Origin: Lama glama
Lineage: Eukaryota
Direction of reading: 5' to 3'
Assembly (NCBI GenBank): GCA_028534125.1
Contig: CM052816.1
Span: 23,996,001 to 24,060,000 of the forward strand
DNA: 64,000 bases
In this document: positions 11,681-26,221 of the stretch, piece by piece
Numbering within the stretch: position 1 is the first letter of the stretch
How the letters are laid out: each line of letters opens with the position of its first letter
Position numbers and translations under genes: made by a program
The notes under the pieces: generated by a model
What the model was told of the DNA's origin: nothing
The model's database searches: none
What the model saw: the letters and a program-made list of their open reading frames with translations, nothing else

Positions 11681-14589
11681 TTAAAAAATCATAAAAGTTC
11701 CTGTCTCTTCCTCTATAATTTTGAAAGCAATAGTAGAAGACTTCTAAAATTACTTTCAGCTATAATGTCTGATTTTTAAAATATGCTTTAAAAATTACGG
11801 CGATAATCACATTAGTTTCAAATCCTACACCTTTCTCTTTCCCCTTTTCTGTAATTCCTCTAAAAATTACTGAAGTATTGATATTTGTAGTACTGATATT
11901 CTACCTACAGCAGCTGTTTAAAGCAGTATTTTTATCCTATCATAAATAAACTAAAATTTCAAGAAGAAACAATGCTCAGAAATCCCATCATACTTAATTT
12001 AGGGTTATACCCTTAGAGCCAAAAGAAATACATGAAGACAAAGAAGACAGATTCTACTGAGAATGAGAGCAGGCTGTAGAATATGGAGGGATCATTTATC
12101 AAAGAAGAAAGGGTATTTTTCAAGTAATTATAAAGTTTTTACAAAACTAGTTTAAAAAGTAGTCCTAAGATTGTACACGCATTTGCAGACACGTATTCAT
12201 ATGTCTTTTTAATATTTTTAAACACAAACAGGGGCATCCTAGACACATGTAAAATACGTTAAAATCTCAAAGACAACTCTGAAAACAAAATTTGGAAACT
12301 TTGTTAACATAAATCATGTAGACCTAAGTTCCTCTCAAAACTACTGAAAGACTTTCAAATTACAAAACTTCAGGTTGTCCCCTGGAGTGGCGACAGGCAT
12401 AACTTTAAGTAATATTCATTATATGTATATAAAAATAATAACATTAATCCACAGGCAGACATAACAAACAGAAAAAGCTAAAATCTAACAAAATGATCAA
12501 ATTTTTGCTCCTACTAATAAAAACAGAAGAATGTGTTCAGGGTATTGTTGTAAATGGTCTTTTCTTATTGTTTTAAATCACAGGGAGGTTATATTTGGCC
12601 TCATTTCTATGTTGAATTAACTAAGGTCAAAAGAGATTCACTGGAGATAAAAATTGGAAATGTTAACCTTTCTCAGCTATACTGTGAAAGAACTAATCAA
12701 TTTTTAGAGAAGAAACAAATACAGATATTTAAAAAAGTATTTAATAAATCAACTGAATCAAAATCAATTTCCTTAAAGAAAAGCCAGGGAATATAGCTCT
12801 TAGTTTACTTCAGATTAAAATAGCTAAATGTTTTTGCTACAGGTTATAAAAATTTCTATAAACTATACCATTTCTTTAAGCTATAAAAATCAGATTTGCA
12901 GTTTCAGAACCTCCATATTGTTAATACATACACAGTAAATAAAGTATATCTCAACTGCTGAAGGTATTTAGAATCACAACCAAAACTTAAGTGTCACAAA
13001 ATAAAAGAGTAAGCAGTATCACTGCTTTAAAATGACCATCAACTAACTTCTATGGTGCCAGAAACCACAGAACAATATTTTACCTTTCTTTAAATTACTG
13101 CCTGACATAGAGTGCTTGAGTCATACTTAACTCTCAGAGCAAATATTCGCTTCAGTTCCTACAAGGTAAGAGTCAGAAAGACTCCCTTCTTCCAGCACTC
13201 CCATTATGACAGACTACAACTAATAATGAATGCATTATTTGCAAAAATGTCACTTCTTCTATTTTCTAGGATAATTTCTCCATCTCACTGGTCTTGCATC
13301 TTCAGAGAGAAAAAGCATACTCCATGGCTCAAGACCCACATGATGTCTTTCTTTCACACTGTCCTTCTTTCCCTAATCCCCATATATACAAAACACAGGA
13401 GACAAAGTTAGAAAGGTAGGATGAAATGTTGCTTACAAAAAATAATAAACCCAAAGCCAAAGAGCAGTCACAACCTATGACAAACCAGCAGGGCTTGAAT
13501 TTTACTAAAAGTATTCAACAATACTTGGAAAATCTTATTCACTGTACACTTTACCCAAGCAATATAAAGAGATTTTTTAAAAAGTGAAGTATGAGAACTG
13601 CTCACTTCTACAAAGACATTTCAAGGTAGCTACAAAAATAAAACTATTACATGTGATACAGGCGAATAATGATATGGCTCTATCTATAGATAAACAGGAG
13701 TACCAGGAGTGGAAATAGTGCCAGTGAGTTAAGGGTAAGGAGATAAAAATTCACAAAGAAAGAGGATTTGAATCTGGTCTTAGAATTATTTTGCCAAATA
13801 CAAATTTTTAAAAATGACAATTGTTTGTATATAAAGAAATATTTTATAAGGACTGAACAGCTATTTTATCAGCAGCTATGGCAAGAAAAAGACTTCTCTT
13901 CAATCAAGTATGATGTAGTGAGAGGGAAACCTTATCCTCTATAAAACAGTGCGAATGAGGTAGAGGGACCTGTTAAGTAAATCCCAGAACACTAGAAAGG
14001 TACATACTTCTCAAGAGTAAGAAGAAAATCTGGCAAAAATAAAAAGTTATATTCTTTTTATTAAGTAACTCACTTAGTTCCAAAAAGCATTTGTAATATA
14101 TTAAACAGATACATATACAAAAATTAATAACATGGATAGAGTAAAATAAGAAATATAAAGTAACAGAAGAATAAAAAGAACTCAGTAGACAACCCATAAG
14201 AAGGAAGTTAAAGTGATATAAATCAAAACTAAGTTGTCTGATGAACAACACTGGAAATAAAACTGGAGAATGAATAGTAAACTCAGAACCTAGTACTTCA
14301 AGGGGGTGGAAAAGCAAACATGTAAGTGCATTTTAGAAACAGAAATGTAAATAACTTAATGAACTTTCAAATGATTAACTGCAAATTTAGTTTGAGAAGG
14401 AAATAAACCTAAACCTCTGAGGGCATCAGTGATGATGTGCCTGACAGGCCTTCCTCAGGAGCAGGCACCATAATGACTTGGCTTAGAAGATGAGTCTGAC
14501 AACATTCTGGAACTCTGCTCAGCAACAGCTGCATGGATATGAACAAGCTTACTAACTTAAACAGGAAACCAGAGAGTAAGAGTATATGC

Positions 14590-14607
14590 GTGTGTGTGTG
14601 TGTGTGT
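14590..14607 (+). repeat. (GT)n microsatellite, ~9 units
   Basis: Direct reading. Confidence 0.9.
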
Positions 14608-14813
14608 ACTTACGTGAATATCTGAGTGTATAAAGAAACTTAGAAAGATCCATTCGTTTTGTAGATCATCAATTTAAAACCCAATTAACCCCGTGTGATT
14701 ATTTTCATTCTCATGCTTCTACTAGAAGAGACTGTCTGAGAAACAGGCTTCAAAAACCAAGGTGGGCTTTCAAAATTAGTATTTTCTGAATCCACTAAGT
14801 TACTGAATACTTA

Positions 14814-14921
<108 letters not shown>

Positions 14922-15519
14922 CTAAACCATAGGAAAAAATACAACTTTTAATAAAGACATACTGTAGACAAAATGTCTTTTAAATGAAAAACTCCTCTAA
15001 ATGGACAGCCTCTAAACATTTAAAAGTTATGTACCCTTACTCAGCCAATTCTTGAGCATCCAATACATGCATATTTATAAATTATACATACTACATTAAT
15101 TATATTACTTATGGTTAAACATGATACATAATATAAGATAAAATCAAAACACCTGAAAAATTCTAAATGTGTATTTTTCTACTTTTATGACTTCAAAATT
15201 TTCATATTTTTATTAAAAGATGACAGAATATACTAAATCTTTCATAAAAGTCATAAGAATATGGTGGTGTTCTTAGTTACATATTTTAGTAACAGTCATT
15301 AAAACCTAGAAGCAAAAGTCCAAATGGAAGACAGGCATTGTTGGCTGCAGGTCAGAATTTCATCAGTTTTTCTTGCAACGTCATCAAGAGTTGTAATTCA
15401 ATATGCTTAAGAAATATGCCCCAAAATCCAATTAACTTCTACCTTTGTAATATTTTAAAACACACTAAAAATTCTATTACCAAGGTTGTATACACACTTT
15501 TAAGTTTTTTTTAAATTTT

Positions 15520-16525
15520 TTAAAAATAAAACATTTTGCAACTTTAGCCATTTTTAAATGTACAATTTGGTGGCATTGATTACATTCACAATGTTATACA
15601 ACCAACCCATTTTCAAAGTTTCTCATCACTTCAAACAAGAATTCTGTAACCAGTTCTCTTCTCCCTCTAGGCCCTAGTAACACCTAATCTACTTCTGTGT
15701 CTCTGAATTTGCTTATCCTAGATAGTTCCTAAACGTGGAATTATACAGTATTTGTCCTTTGTGCATGGCTTATTTCATTTAGCCTATCACCTTTCAGGTT
15801 ATCCATGTCACAGCATCAATCAGAACCTCTCTCCTTTTTAGGGCTGAGTAATATTCTGTTTTATGAATTTACCATATTTTGTCTACCCATTCATCTGTTG
15901 ATGGATACTTAGGTTGTTTCTACCTTTTGGCTACTGTGAATAATGCTGCAACAAACATTAGCATCCAAGTATCTGTTTAACTCCCTGATTGTAATTTCTT
16001 TGGGTATATGTATGCCTAGGAGTAGAACTGTTGGTTATAATGTAATTCCTTGTTTAGCCTTTTGAGGAACCACCAAACTGTTTACCACAGCAGCTGCATC
16101 TTCATACTCCCACCAGCAATGCACAGGGTAAAATTTCTCCACATCCTCAGCAACATTTGTTATCTCCTGTTTTTGTTTACATAATTACATGCATGCTAGC
16201 AGTATAAAATGCTATATCATTGTGATTCTTTATTTGTATTTCCCTAGTAACTAATAATATTGAGTATCTTTCCATGTGCTTATTAGTGATTTTTATAAAT
16301 TTATATCTTCTTTGGAGAAATGTTTATTCAAGTTTTGGCCCATTTTTAAATTGGGTTGTCTAACTTTTTGCTGATGTTTTAGGAATTCTATATATATTTT
16401 GGATATTAAACCTTATCAGAAATATGATTTGAAAAGATTTCCTTCCTTTCTGTAGGTTGTCTTCACTTTCTTGCTATTGTCCTTTTATGTACAACAGTTT
16501 TTAATTGTGATGAAGTTGAATTTGT
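15520..16525 (-). mobile_element. LINE-1 3' fragment (L1MA/MB-like), approximate bounds
   Basis: Antisense L1 hallmarks: cattcatctgttgatgga.acttaggttgttt, gtgaataatgctgca, ttgaggaaccaccaaactgttt, tcttctttggagaaatgt.tattca. Confidence 0.8.
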
Positions 16526-16622
16526 TGTAGAATTTTGGCTTCATGTTCTGGATGGTTAGTTTTGAGATGTTGAGTTAATAGTGATGGCTGTAAATTATCA
16601 TTAGTTAATACCATGGTACTAT

Positions 16623-16643
16623 ACACACACACACACACACACA
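16623..16643 (+). repeat. (AC)n microsatellite, ~10 units
   Basis: Direct reading. Confidence 0.9.
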
Positions 16644-17674
16644 TATTTATGAAGATGCTATAGGACATGGATATAATTTATATTTCAAATATTCTTATTG
16701 GCAATTTTAAGTTATTTTGGTCTACTTATTTTAGAACAATTTTTTAAAAATCACTGTTTTACTTCAAAATGTGGCTGATGAAGAAGTGGAAAGGTGTCAG
16801 AAACAGTATGTTTACTCAGGGTAACTCTAAGCTAGTCTTGCCTAGAGGAAAAAAGGTAGAGTTAGAGTTATGGCTACACAGAGTATTTGAATGAGATCCA
16901 CTTGATTTAAAGGGCCATAATGATGTAATCTGAATTTTCAGTAAGAACAAGGGATTTTCGCTATTTGAAATAAAAGTTTAAAACTGGATTGACAATCAAG
17001 CGGCTCATACCTTACGAAAAAAAGGGAGAGGGATCCAATATACAAAGAAGTTAGCAATGTTAATACCCTTCTGCCAAAGGGCTCCTTCCTTAAAATAGTT
17101 AATCTCCAAATATATACTTATGATAATAATTAGTAACTAGACACATGAAGGGACAAAGAAAGGAAAAGTCAGAGTGTAGAGTACAACAAAGCCATCTAAC
17201 AAGAACATCTCTAGAACTCTAAAATAAGTCACTGTAGAAAAAGATCAATGTACAAAAGAACTATTTTGACAATGATTACAAACCTCTAACAGACATAAAG
17301 CCATTTGACACTTTATGTAAAGGTTTCCAGAAGGTAAAAAGGAAAGATAAATACTCTCAGTGGCAACATGTACTAAAATTTCAGTGATTAGTTCTACAGA
17401 GACAATGCACATATTTCTAAGGATATTTTACACAGGTCTTCAGATAGCTCTCCCACTAGAATAAAGTCCATCTCTTGGGCATTTTTGTAAAGGAAATAGC
17501 ATTTGCTATTAAAATGATACTATTCTATACATCCTCCCTGTGCCCTCCACTGGAAACTGTCATGATCCATGAGGGTGAGTATGTGAAGTAGAGGAGAGTG
17601 ATTAGGAAGATGCATCCTAACTCTCGTCAAACATAATGATGTTGTCATTTATATCACAGAAACCCTCTAGAATA

Positions 17675-17867
17675 GTGGTTCTCAATGTGGAATGCCTGGA
17701 ATGGACCAACAGCAGCAGCAGCATCACCTGGAAACCTATCTGAAACGCACATTCTTGGGCCTTATTACCCTAGACCTACTGAATCACTGTAAAGATGGGT
17801 CCAGCAGTCTGTGTTTTAAGAAGTCTACAAGGTGGTTCTGATGCAGGCTGAAGTCAAGAACCATTGC
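17675..17867. mobile_element. MER5A (hAT-Charlie) MITE
   Basis: agtggttctcaa...cagcagcatcacctgg.aac...gacctactgaatca...ggttctgatgca..ctgaagt..agaaccattg with terminal inverted ends. Confidence 0.8.
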
Positions 17868-17999
17868 ATGAAGGAAATATTTTACTTCATTTTGTTCATA
17901 ACATTTATTAAATACATAAAGTAGTTATCAAAATGTTCCTATAAACTGTACAAAACCAAGCAAGATTTACCCATGAGAAACAACCTTATGACCAGGTAG

Positions 18000-19445
18000 T
18001 ATTTAAGTATTTCACATACAAAAGTGAACAAAGAAAGTAATATATAATCATGTATACACCCAGCTTAAGAAAATAAACATTACAAACACAAATCAAGGAC
18101 CTTATATATCCTTTTCAAGCCTTCCTTATATTTTTACTATAAATTCCATTATTTAGGCATACATACATATACAGTTTTATTTTACATACTTTAAATAATT
18201 TATAATATCTTCATATTGTTCTTTTTTAAAAACTTATTATTTTCCTTAATAGTTTTTGTTTTTGAGGTTTATCCCTGTTGATATGAATAGTTCCTTTTCA
18301 CTACTATATGGAAATCCACTGCATGATTATTTTCAAGAATTTTATTGATGTTTGTTGAAGTTGCTTTAATTTCTTTTCCACTGTAACAAATGATAGTGCT
18401 ATGAAGTTTCATATGGCCTTCCTCACATGTGTACAAGCTTCTCTGTAGTATACACTTAGGAATGGGAATGTGTCAGAATATCCACACTTTCAAAGTTGCA
18501 GGAAATTGCCAGGCTGCTGTCCCAGTTGGTTGTCCAATCTGTATTTACCACAGCAGTTCAAAGATCTCCAAATGCTCTACACAATTTCTAACACTTGGTA
18601 TTGGCAGACCTAATTTTGGTTAATCTGATGACCATGGTTTTTTTTTTTTTCTTCCTGTGGGACAGGTAATTAGGTTTATTTATTTATTTTAATGGAGGTA
18701 CTGGGGGTTGAACCCACGACCTTATGTATGCTAAGCATGAGCTCTCTCACTGAGCTACACCCTACCTCCCAACTGATGACTATGGAATAAAGCTGTATTG
18801 TGGTTTTAATTTTTACTTCAGTCATTTAAATTTCCTCTTCTTTTAATATCTTTAGCTCCTTTTTTTCCCTCTCATTAATTTATGGTATTTCTTTATATAA
18901 TGTAGATCATATTCTTTTGCTGGTAACATGTTATCTTATCTCGCTCTGTGGCTTTGTTTATTACTTTCATGCTTTCTTTAGAAGCACAAAATTTTAAGTG
19001 TTAACTAAAAAATAACTCATCTCTTCTTCATAGTTCAAGTTCTTGTGTCTCAATTAAAAACTTCTTTCCTCGTCCAAGGTCAAAAAGTTATTCTATATTT
19101 TCTTCTAAAAGCTTAAAAATTTTGCATTTCATGTTTAGGTCTTTAATCTCTCTGGAAATGTGGTCTTTGTATGGATCTGTTTTATCATTTTTTTCAAGTA
19201 GTCAATTATCTCAGCTCATCCTTTCAGTGTTATCTCAGTCATGTATTAAAATTTCCTATACAAGTGGCTCTATTTCTTCTCTGTTTTGTCCCATTAGTTG
19301 AATTGTCTGGCACTCCTTCAATACTACAATGTCTTTATCACGATAGTTTAATGATAGGGCTTTATACCTGTCAAAGCAAGCCCACTCCCACCCCTTATTA
19401 TTTCTGAGGATTGCCTAGGCTGTTCTTAACCCTGTGCTTGTCAAG
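18000..19445 (-). mobile_element. Old LINE-1 (L1M) fragment, interrupted by the Vic-1 SINE; approximate bounds
   Basis: Degenerate antisense L1 motifs (tttaggtctttaatc, ttttcttctaaaag, ttgtggttttaattt). Confidence 0.6.
18638..18770 (-). mobile_element. tRNA-derived SINE, camelid Vic-1 type (longer tail), nested in an old L1
   Basis: Reverse strand reads GGGAGGTAGGGTGTAGCTCAGTGAGAGAGC...GGGTTCAACCCCCAGTACCTCC...(AAAT)n CCTAATTACC...poly(A). TSD CTGATGAC[C/T]ATGG at 18625-18637 and 18773-18785. Confidence 0.85.
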
Positions 19446-20155
19446 TTTTAAAAAACACACAACAGGAAAGGCTCAGCAACAGCACTGTGCTCCTCCCATC
19501 TCTACTTCAACAAAGCAGCCCCACAATTAACACAGTAAATGGGATCTTGCTTAAGCTTTCTTTTGAAGAAAGAGGTTCCTCTAAAAATAAGTTGGCAAAC
19601 ACTGTCTCCCCACAACCTCTAAGAGTGGAGGAAACTGAGTTTCAGAGAAGTTAACCAACTTACTGGGTCCAAAATCCATAATAAGGAAGTGGCAGTGCTA
19701 GCATTTAAACCTACAGTTTATTACAAACCCCACATTCCAGCTACTATGCAACACACAAAACTGAAAGAGAAGTTTTAGTACTAGTAAAATAATAGTGAGA
19801 AACATAATAAGGATCTATAATTTTTAAAAAATTAAGGACTGCCATTACTTACTACTCTTCAAAAAGGCTAGTGAGGTGGTGCAGTAGGGAGTGAATGGGG
19901 AATATCTTACAGAAGAACAGGAACAGGCTAGGATAATTCCCAAATAGGTTCTTTACTATTTACAGCCAACAGCACAGTAGTTCTATAGTCCCTTTAATTC
20001 TCAAATTGTATAAACTCTATTAGTCTACTTTAATAAAGATATTTTAAAAGATTTACTATTTGTATCAATATGAACAATGAAACCTGGAATAAAAAAGTTT
20101 TTAAAAGCTTACACAAAACTAAAATATTATCATTTGAAAGGCTCAATAAATTTAC

Positions 20156-20296
20156 CTGCATCAAATACTGTGCACCCTCTCTCAAGTCATCTGCATGTAC
20201 TGGAGCATAAAAAGCCTTCATTTTGTTTTTAATAAGCCACCGTTGATATTTGGCCTGATCAATGGACATCTCTTTCATGGCCTGTCTTCGAGGACC
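20156..20296 (-). CDS. SLC12A2: NKCC1 exon 17 (141 nt)
   Basis: ttaaag|GGTCCT...ATGCAG|gtaaat; [47 protein letters not shown]. Confidence 0.97.
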
Positions 20297-21079
20297 CTTT
20301 AAGGTAAAAATATGAACAATGAAAGGTTATTTATTCCACCTTTATAAAAACCTTCCTGTTATCTTGGCTCAAACAAAGTTTCTAAACATGGGTGGAAGAG
20401 AGCATAATAACAGCATTTTATTTTCATGTTAGTGAATTCTTTCCAATACTTAAGATTATGAAAAGATAGTGTTGATGGAACAGTTAATGCAGAGGGTGAC
20501 AGTAGAAGGTAGAAGAAAAGAGGAAGAAACACAGACCGAAAAATAAGTTTTCAATACTAAGTAAATGAGAGAAATTAGTAATTAAAAATGGAGAAGAAAT
20601 TACACAGAGAAGAATAAGAGCCTTCTGTGTTTCTACAGAAAGTTTCCCAGCTTGTTTTTTGTTTCAGCCAAATGTTAATTTCAACCAAATTAATTCTCAG
20701 TAACCTAGTCATACAACTAAATATCAAAGTGAGCCATACAAATACATTTTTCTTCATACTTCTGTGAAACGATGAAATAACAGAAGAAAGGAAATGAGTT
20801 TTTAACTTGCAATTCTATTTTGATCCTTGCAAGCAACACATAAAATGTGTTACATGTCTTACCTAAAATGTATGAAGAAAAATCTAAAAATAAGATTAAG
20901 AGCACATCCTAAATATACATGAATAAGTAAAGGAAAAATACAATTTATCTTTCCTAGTAGAAACATTGCCCCATTTGTAATTTCTTATGCTCAAGACCCC
21001 AGCTTGAATTAACCAATCTGGAGACAAACTATAAAAACTCCACAAGTCCCAAATGGAGTCAATGCGTTCTTCCACTATC

Positions 21080-21081
<2 letters not shown>

Positions 21082-21112
<31 letters not shown>
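21082..21112 (+). repeat. (AC)n microsatellite, ~15 units
   Basis: Direct reading. Confidence 0.95.
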
Positions 21113-21116
<4 letters not shown>

Positions 21117-21665
21117 CATGCAGCTGACTTCGCTACTATAGGAGTAGAAGATGAACTCCAGCAGGGGCTAGGACGTGGGCCATACAACATGTATTTCTAG
21201 CACCAAAACACGACAAACAATAGAGCTTGGGAGAAAAGTTAATCTGGCAAATAAATACTCCAATTTCTTATGCAGAAAAGGTGATCCATCACCTAGTGAT
21301 TGTTTTTAACAGCCAAGATGCCCAAAACAGAAAACTATTTTTGAATGACGTTTATCCCTAATTTTTAATAATTTTCTTACTCATGAATAAAACTAAAATG
21401 TATGAGCAATTAAAGTGTCTTAATGTGGACATTCAGCATTCACTCTGCTCTTCTTAAATAACAGATATTAGATATTTATCATGATTTGTCCACCTTCTCC
21501 AGCCTCCTTTTTTGTGGTAAATTAATGTTTCAAGATTTGCTGAGTAATATCAGTAAGAAAACACACATACTAAATTCCATTTAGGCTCCTTAGTTAGCAA
21601 GAAGCTATTTTTCTTAGCCAAAGCAATATAATTTGCTGAAATCTATTCAAATTATTTCAAGTCTA

Positions 21666-21857
<192 letters not shown>

Positions 21858-22789
21858 TTAAGATTTAAAAGAAAAACAAAATTAGAGAAATTTAGGCTTT
21901 TGGTAACATGGACATGATGTTACGTTGGTTCTCTAAAGATATTACACTAGACTGTTCTTTACGCAACTGTCCTTAAGACACAAGCCACAAGATTCTTACA
22001 GAAGATGACTTAACCAGGGTTCCTTGGTACATGAGAAATACAGCAACAAAACCTTCATGGAACAAACATGCCAAATGTCCTAAGTTGATAGGTAATATTA
22101 TACATCAAGATTCTGGTAGGTATTATAGAAAGAAAGGACCATGTTAATTAAAAATATATAATAACTCTTCATCTTCTGAAGGTAATAAATATTTAAGTTC
22201 TTTCACAGAGTTCACAACATCCTGAAAGCATAGCCTTGCCTTCATGTAGAAAACAGGTCACTTTCCTCCTTAGTTTGATCACATCATAGTTAATTCTACT
22301 TTGTAATATTAGCCTTCCTTAATCTAGCTTAACTTTTAATGACTATTGTCATATGAGTAAAACCACCTGTGGTGAAGAAAAGGTTTCCATTTGAACTCAA
22401 AGTTTTAATTCTAATTAATTATGATGAAAACCAGAATTGAATTCAATTGTCTGTACAAACATTTTCATATATTTCATATATTATTTTTAAGTCCTGATTT
22501 TCGCTAACTAGAAATAAAAGTCAATCTTGTTTGAGGAAAAAGTATTCAGGTATCTATTTTATAAATTCAAACAGATTCACAAAAATTCTTTAATACAACA
22601 ATGTATATAATTAAAAGAAACTTCAACAAAAATAAATAGACTAAAATTTTGACTTAACTACTCAATTGTTAGGGTAGTTCCTAACCATGCTCAGAAAATA
22701 ACCATGAAAACCTGAATAAAGACTTAAAAAAATACTAACTTATTCAGAATTTTAGCAAGCTATCTGAAAAACTAATCCCGTCTGGGGAA

Positions 22790-23270
22790 ATTGCTTTGAG
22801 ACAACCAAACATGAAATCATCCTCTACGGCCCAGACTGCTACTAATACAGTCTCTCCATTTCAGCTTAAGCATGTTATATAGCTCCCCAGCTAAACATTA
22901 CATTTCCTCACCTTCCTAGCAGCTGAAAGTGGCCCTATGAATGATTTACAGATCATACGATGTTCCTATTTCCACATCATGTCATTTTAAAAAGGGAGCT
23001 GGCCACCCTTCATACTTTCTTGCCCTTACCTATAAGCTAGACTGTGGAGGTAGCAATGACTTTGACCACATGGATAAAAACACGTCCCAGGGGATGGCAG
23101 AGTGATAAGACACAGGGAATGTGGGACCTGAATGATCAAGTGCAGCCACTGCCTACCAACCACGAACCATCCATCTGAACTATCACGTAACACTGATGTC
23201 TGTCTTATTTAACCATTGCATTTTTTTTCATCTTTTTATTATGGTAGCTAATCTACACTCTAATATAACC
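22790..23270 (+). mobile_element. MLT1-type (ERVL-MaLR) solo LTR, approximate bounds
   Basis: cccagctaaacattacatttcctcaccttcctagcagct..., gggatggcagagtgataaga..., 3' end ttattatggtagctaa...ctaata. Confidence 0.55.
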
Positions 23271-26092
23271 TATTACCGTGGAAAAACACACTTTAGTCCC
23301 TATCTTTACCAAACAGTAAACATACCATAAAGGCATAATTTGGTATAATTTTGTCATACCAAAAAAGGAATAGTACAAAATATATTAGGAATGACTTCCG
23401 GTAACAGTAGCAGAGTGAACATCTGCCTTCATTTAAGTCCTTCCTCAAAAATCTCCACAGTAGGATGGGAAATTTTAAGGCCCCCAAAATATGGACAAGA
23501 GTATTGGACACAATAGCACTGAGATATTTAAAGCCAGAAAGCAGATGGAAGACAATTAACGATTTGACAAGTCAGGCACAGGCTAAGTTCTAAGTGAGCG
23601 TAAGAGGAAACTGTGATGCTGCCTGACTGTATACCTAAGAATCATCAAAATGCCTGGGACTCAGAGGCAGCAGATAGCTCTGGAAGTGGCTGGGATAATG
23701 TATTAAAGAAACTAAAATAAGAAGGTTTAAAGTTTGCAGAAGAAACACCTAAATGAACCCAAACTATTTCTATCACTATGATGGGCAACTATCCCTGCCC
23801 CTCTCCAATTCTGTGAGGCCACAGCTTATTCATCAGAGAGGGCCTCTGGTCTGGGAGTAAGAGCTGAGAGCAGGAGCAGCTACTTCAGTATGGAAGTTAG
23901 GAGAACATTTACTATATGCTCAATCTCAAAAATTCCAAGCTGCCTTTCTACTTGGCTCTTAGAACTCCGGTAGCCAGAACATTATCAACAAGCAGAAGAT
24001 TACAAGATTCTTTTCTGGGAAATCTAATCAGATCAAAAAAAGAAAGCCTTTAAGATGACTTAAACTTCTCAAAGAACCAGCAAAGCCACATTAATCTACA
24101 GTAAGAGCTTCTGTGACAAGTTCTGAACCCACCAATACAGAACTTCCCTGGCTGAGGATCACAGATACTTCAGACAAGGCTAAATCTAAGAATCCAAATT
24201 AAAGAAACGGGAAATAGGGAGAAAGATGCTTCAAGGAAATATAAACTACAAAGCGAAGAAAACAAACTCTTTCAGCAAGTTTGGTGAAGGCTGAGATAGT
24301 GGTAAAGAGAAATTTAAACAGAAAAAAAAAAAGAAGAAAGAAAATTATTGGTTACATAGAAAACAAAAAAACAAAAAGGCTGTACAGGGAAAAAAAGCAA
24401 CCGTAACTTACTACATGGCTGACCTACAAATCATGCTTAAAAAATCATAAAGATATAAATGATCAAACAAAATCTAGTCCAAATAATGACACAAAAGATG
24501 TACTGGGAGGGTGAGATAAAGAGAAGGGTTCTTGTGTGTGGTGGTCATACATGAAAGACATCAACAGATAATGCCTAAAATTAAACCTCAAAAAATACAT
24601 TGAGGCAAACATGTTATTTGGGAATATGAAGTAAAACATACTACACGATTCAGCCAAGAGTTGAAAGTGGTTGCCTGTCGTATGAGAGAAACAGGGATGA
24701 GAAATAGGGTAACTACTAATTTTCATAACAAACCTAAGTTTTTCCTCTTTAAACTATATTCATGTACAATTCTGATAAAAATTTAAAAACATTTACTAGA
24801 ATAAAATTTTAAAAAAATTCTCATTACTATAAGCCAAAATAAGTTTTTTATTAATGATAAATTAACTCTGACTCTTGGTCATACTCTCAGTTTTGGGCTA
24901 TAACTTTTTATATAAAGGAACGATTTCTATTTTCTGCCATACTTGGCATCAACTATTCAAGATGTTCGAAATGTGTTGTAATTAAAGTTTTCCTCTGAGA
25001 GCTCTCATTTCTCTGTCTTTTTCCAGTTTCTGTCTACTCCAAAGCTGAAGATCTGTGGTCTATGAAAACCTTTCATTTTGGAAATAAGTTGGGGGGAGGG
25101 GGGCCAAAAAGTAACAAAAAGAATATACAAAGATGTTTCTTATTGGGAGAAACTTGATAGAGAACTTCTTTTCTGGTGCTTATCCACTCTTCAGAGTTCC
25201 TTTAAAAAGATTTTGTCTTTTGGTTTACTGACAAACAAGGACCTTATTTCTGTGTTTACTGTGCAGAAGCCGATGAAAATTGATTGCTCATGACTATGAA
25301 AAATCACCTGTCCACAGCCAGGCGTATGTGAACAGTATGAGAATGACTGTTTAACAATCTATTTTTAAACAATGATAAGGCTATTTTTATACTATTGTTC
25401 AATATAAATAATAATCTATAATTTCTAAAAATGTATATAAGTAAATAATATTTCTGGATTTACAAGTGCTTTCTTTAATAACGGAATCTTACCAATTATT
25501 AGGAGCATATTAAATTAAAAAATAGTTTTTAAATTGATAACTGATAAAATAAACTATATTTTATTAGATAAAATATAAAACAATTTACTGAAGAAAACAA
25601 TTTATTGAAGTAGTAAGAAATGCTCTTGAAGGCATTAATCAATTCCTTTATCACTAAAACTGGTTTCCAGTTCAATGATGAGAAAGAAGCAACTAACATG
25701 AAAATATTTTTTGCCTTAGTAAAATTATAAAACAAAGATGTCAAAAATATAAATTCCATACTCAGTAGTTATACAGTAGTTACCCACATAGGGAAGAAAT
25801 TCACCTTATGACACCTACTATTTAAAAGTTTTCAAATGAGAGACCTCCAAAACTTCCCTAATGTTTTTTGTAAGGTAATTTATTTTGTAAGATAATTTAT
25901 CTCTGCAAAATTTTGCTAAGAAACCGCAACCTTATTTTTGAATAAACTGCTCAAATCAAAGCAAAACAAAAAACAATATTCTATGCTTTTAGAAAACTTT
26001 TCACGAAATACCAGCAAATGAAAATGTTACTGAACAATAAACGAACTGATGGCCACTTAAGGTAACATAGAAACATTTTGTCTTATCTTTTA

Positions 26093-26221
<129 letters not shown>

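Noticed and set aside
13973..14317. 114-aa hydrophobic ORF (and the similar 115-aa ORF at 34592..34939)
   Set aside because: F/L/I/Y-rich translation is expected from AT-rich intron DNA; there is no recognisable domain or exon structure.
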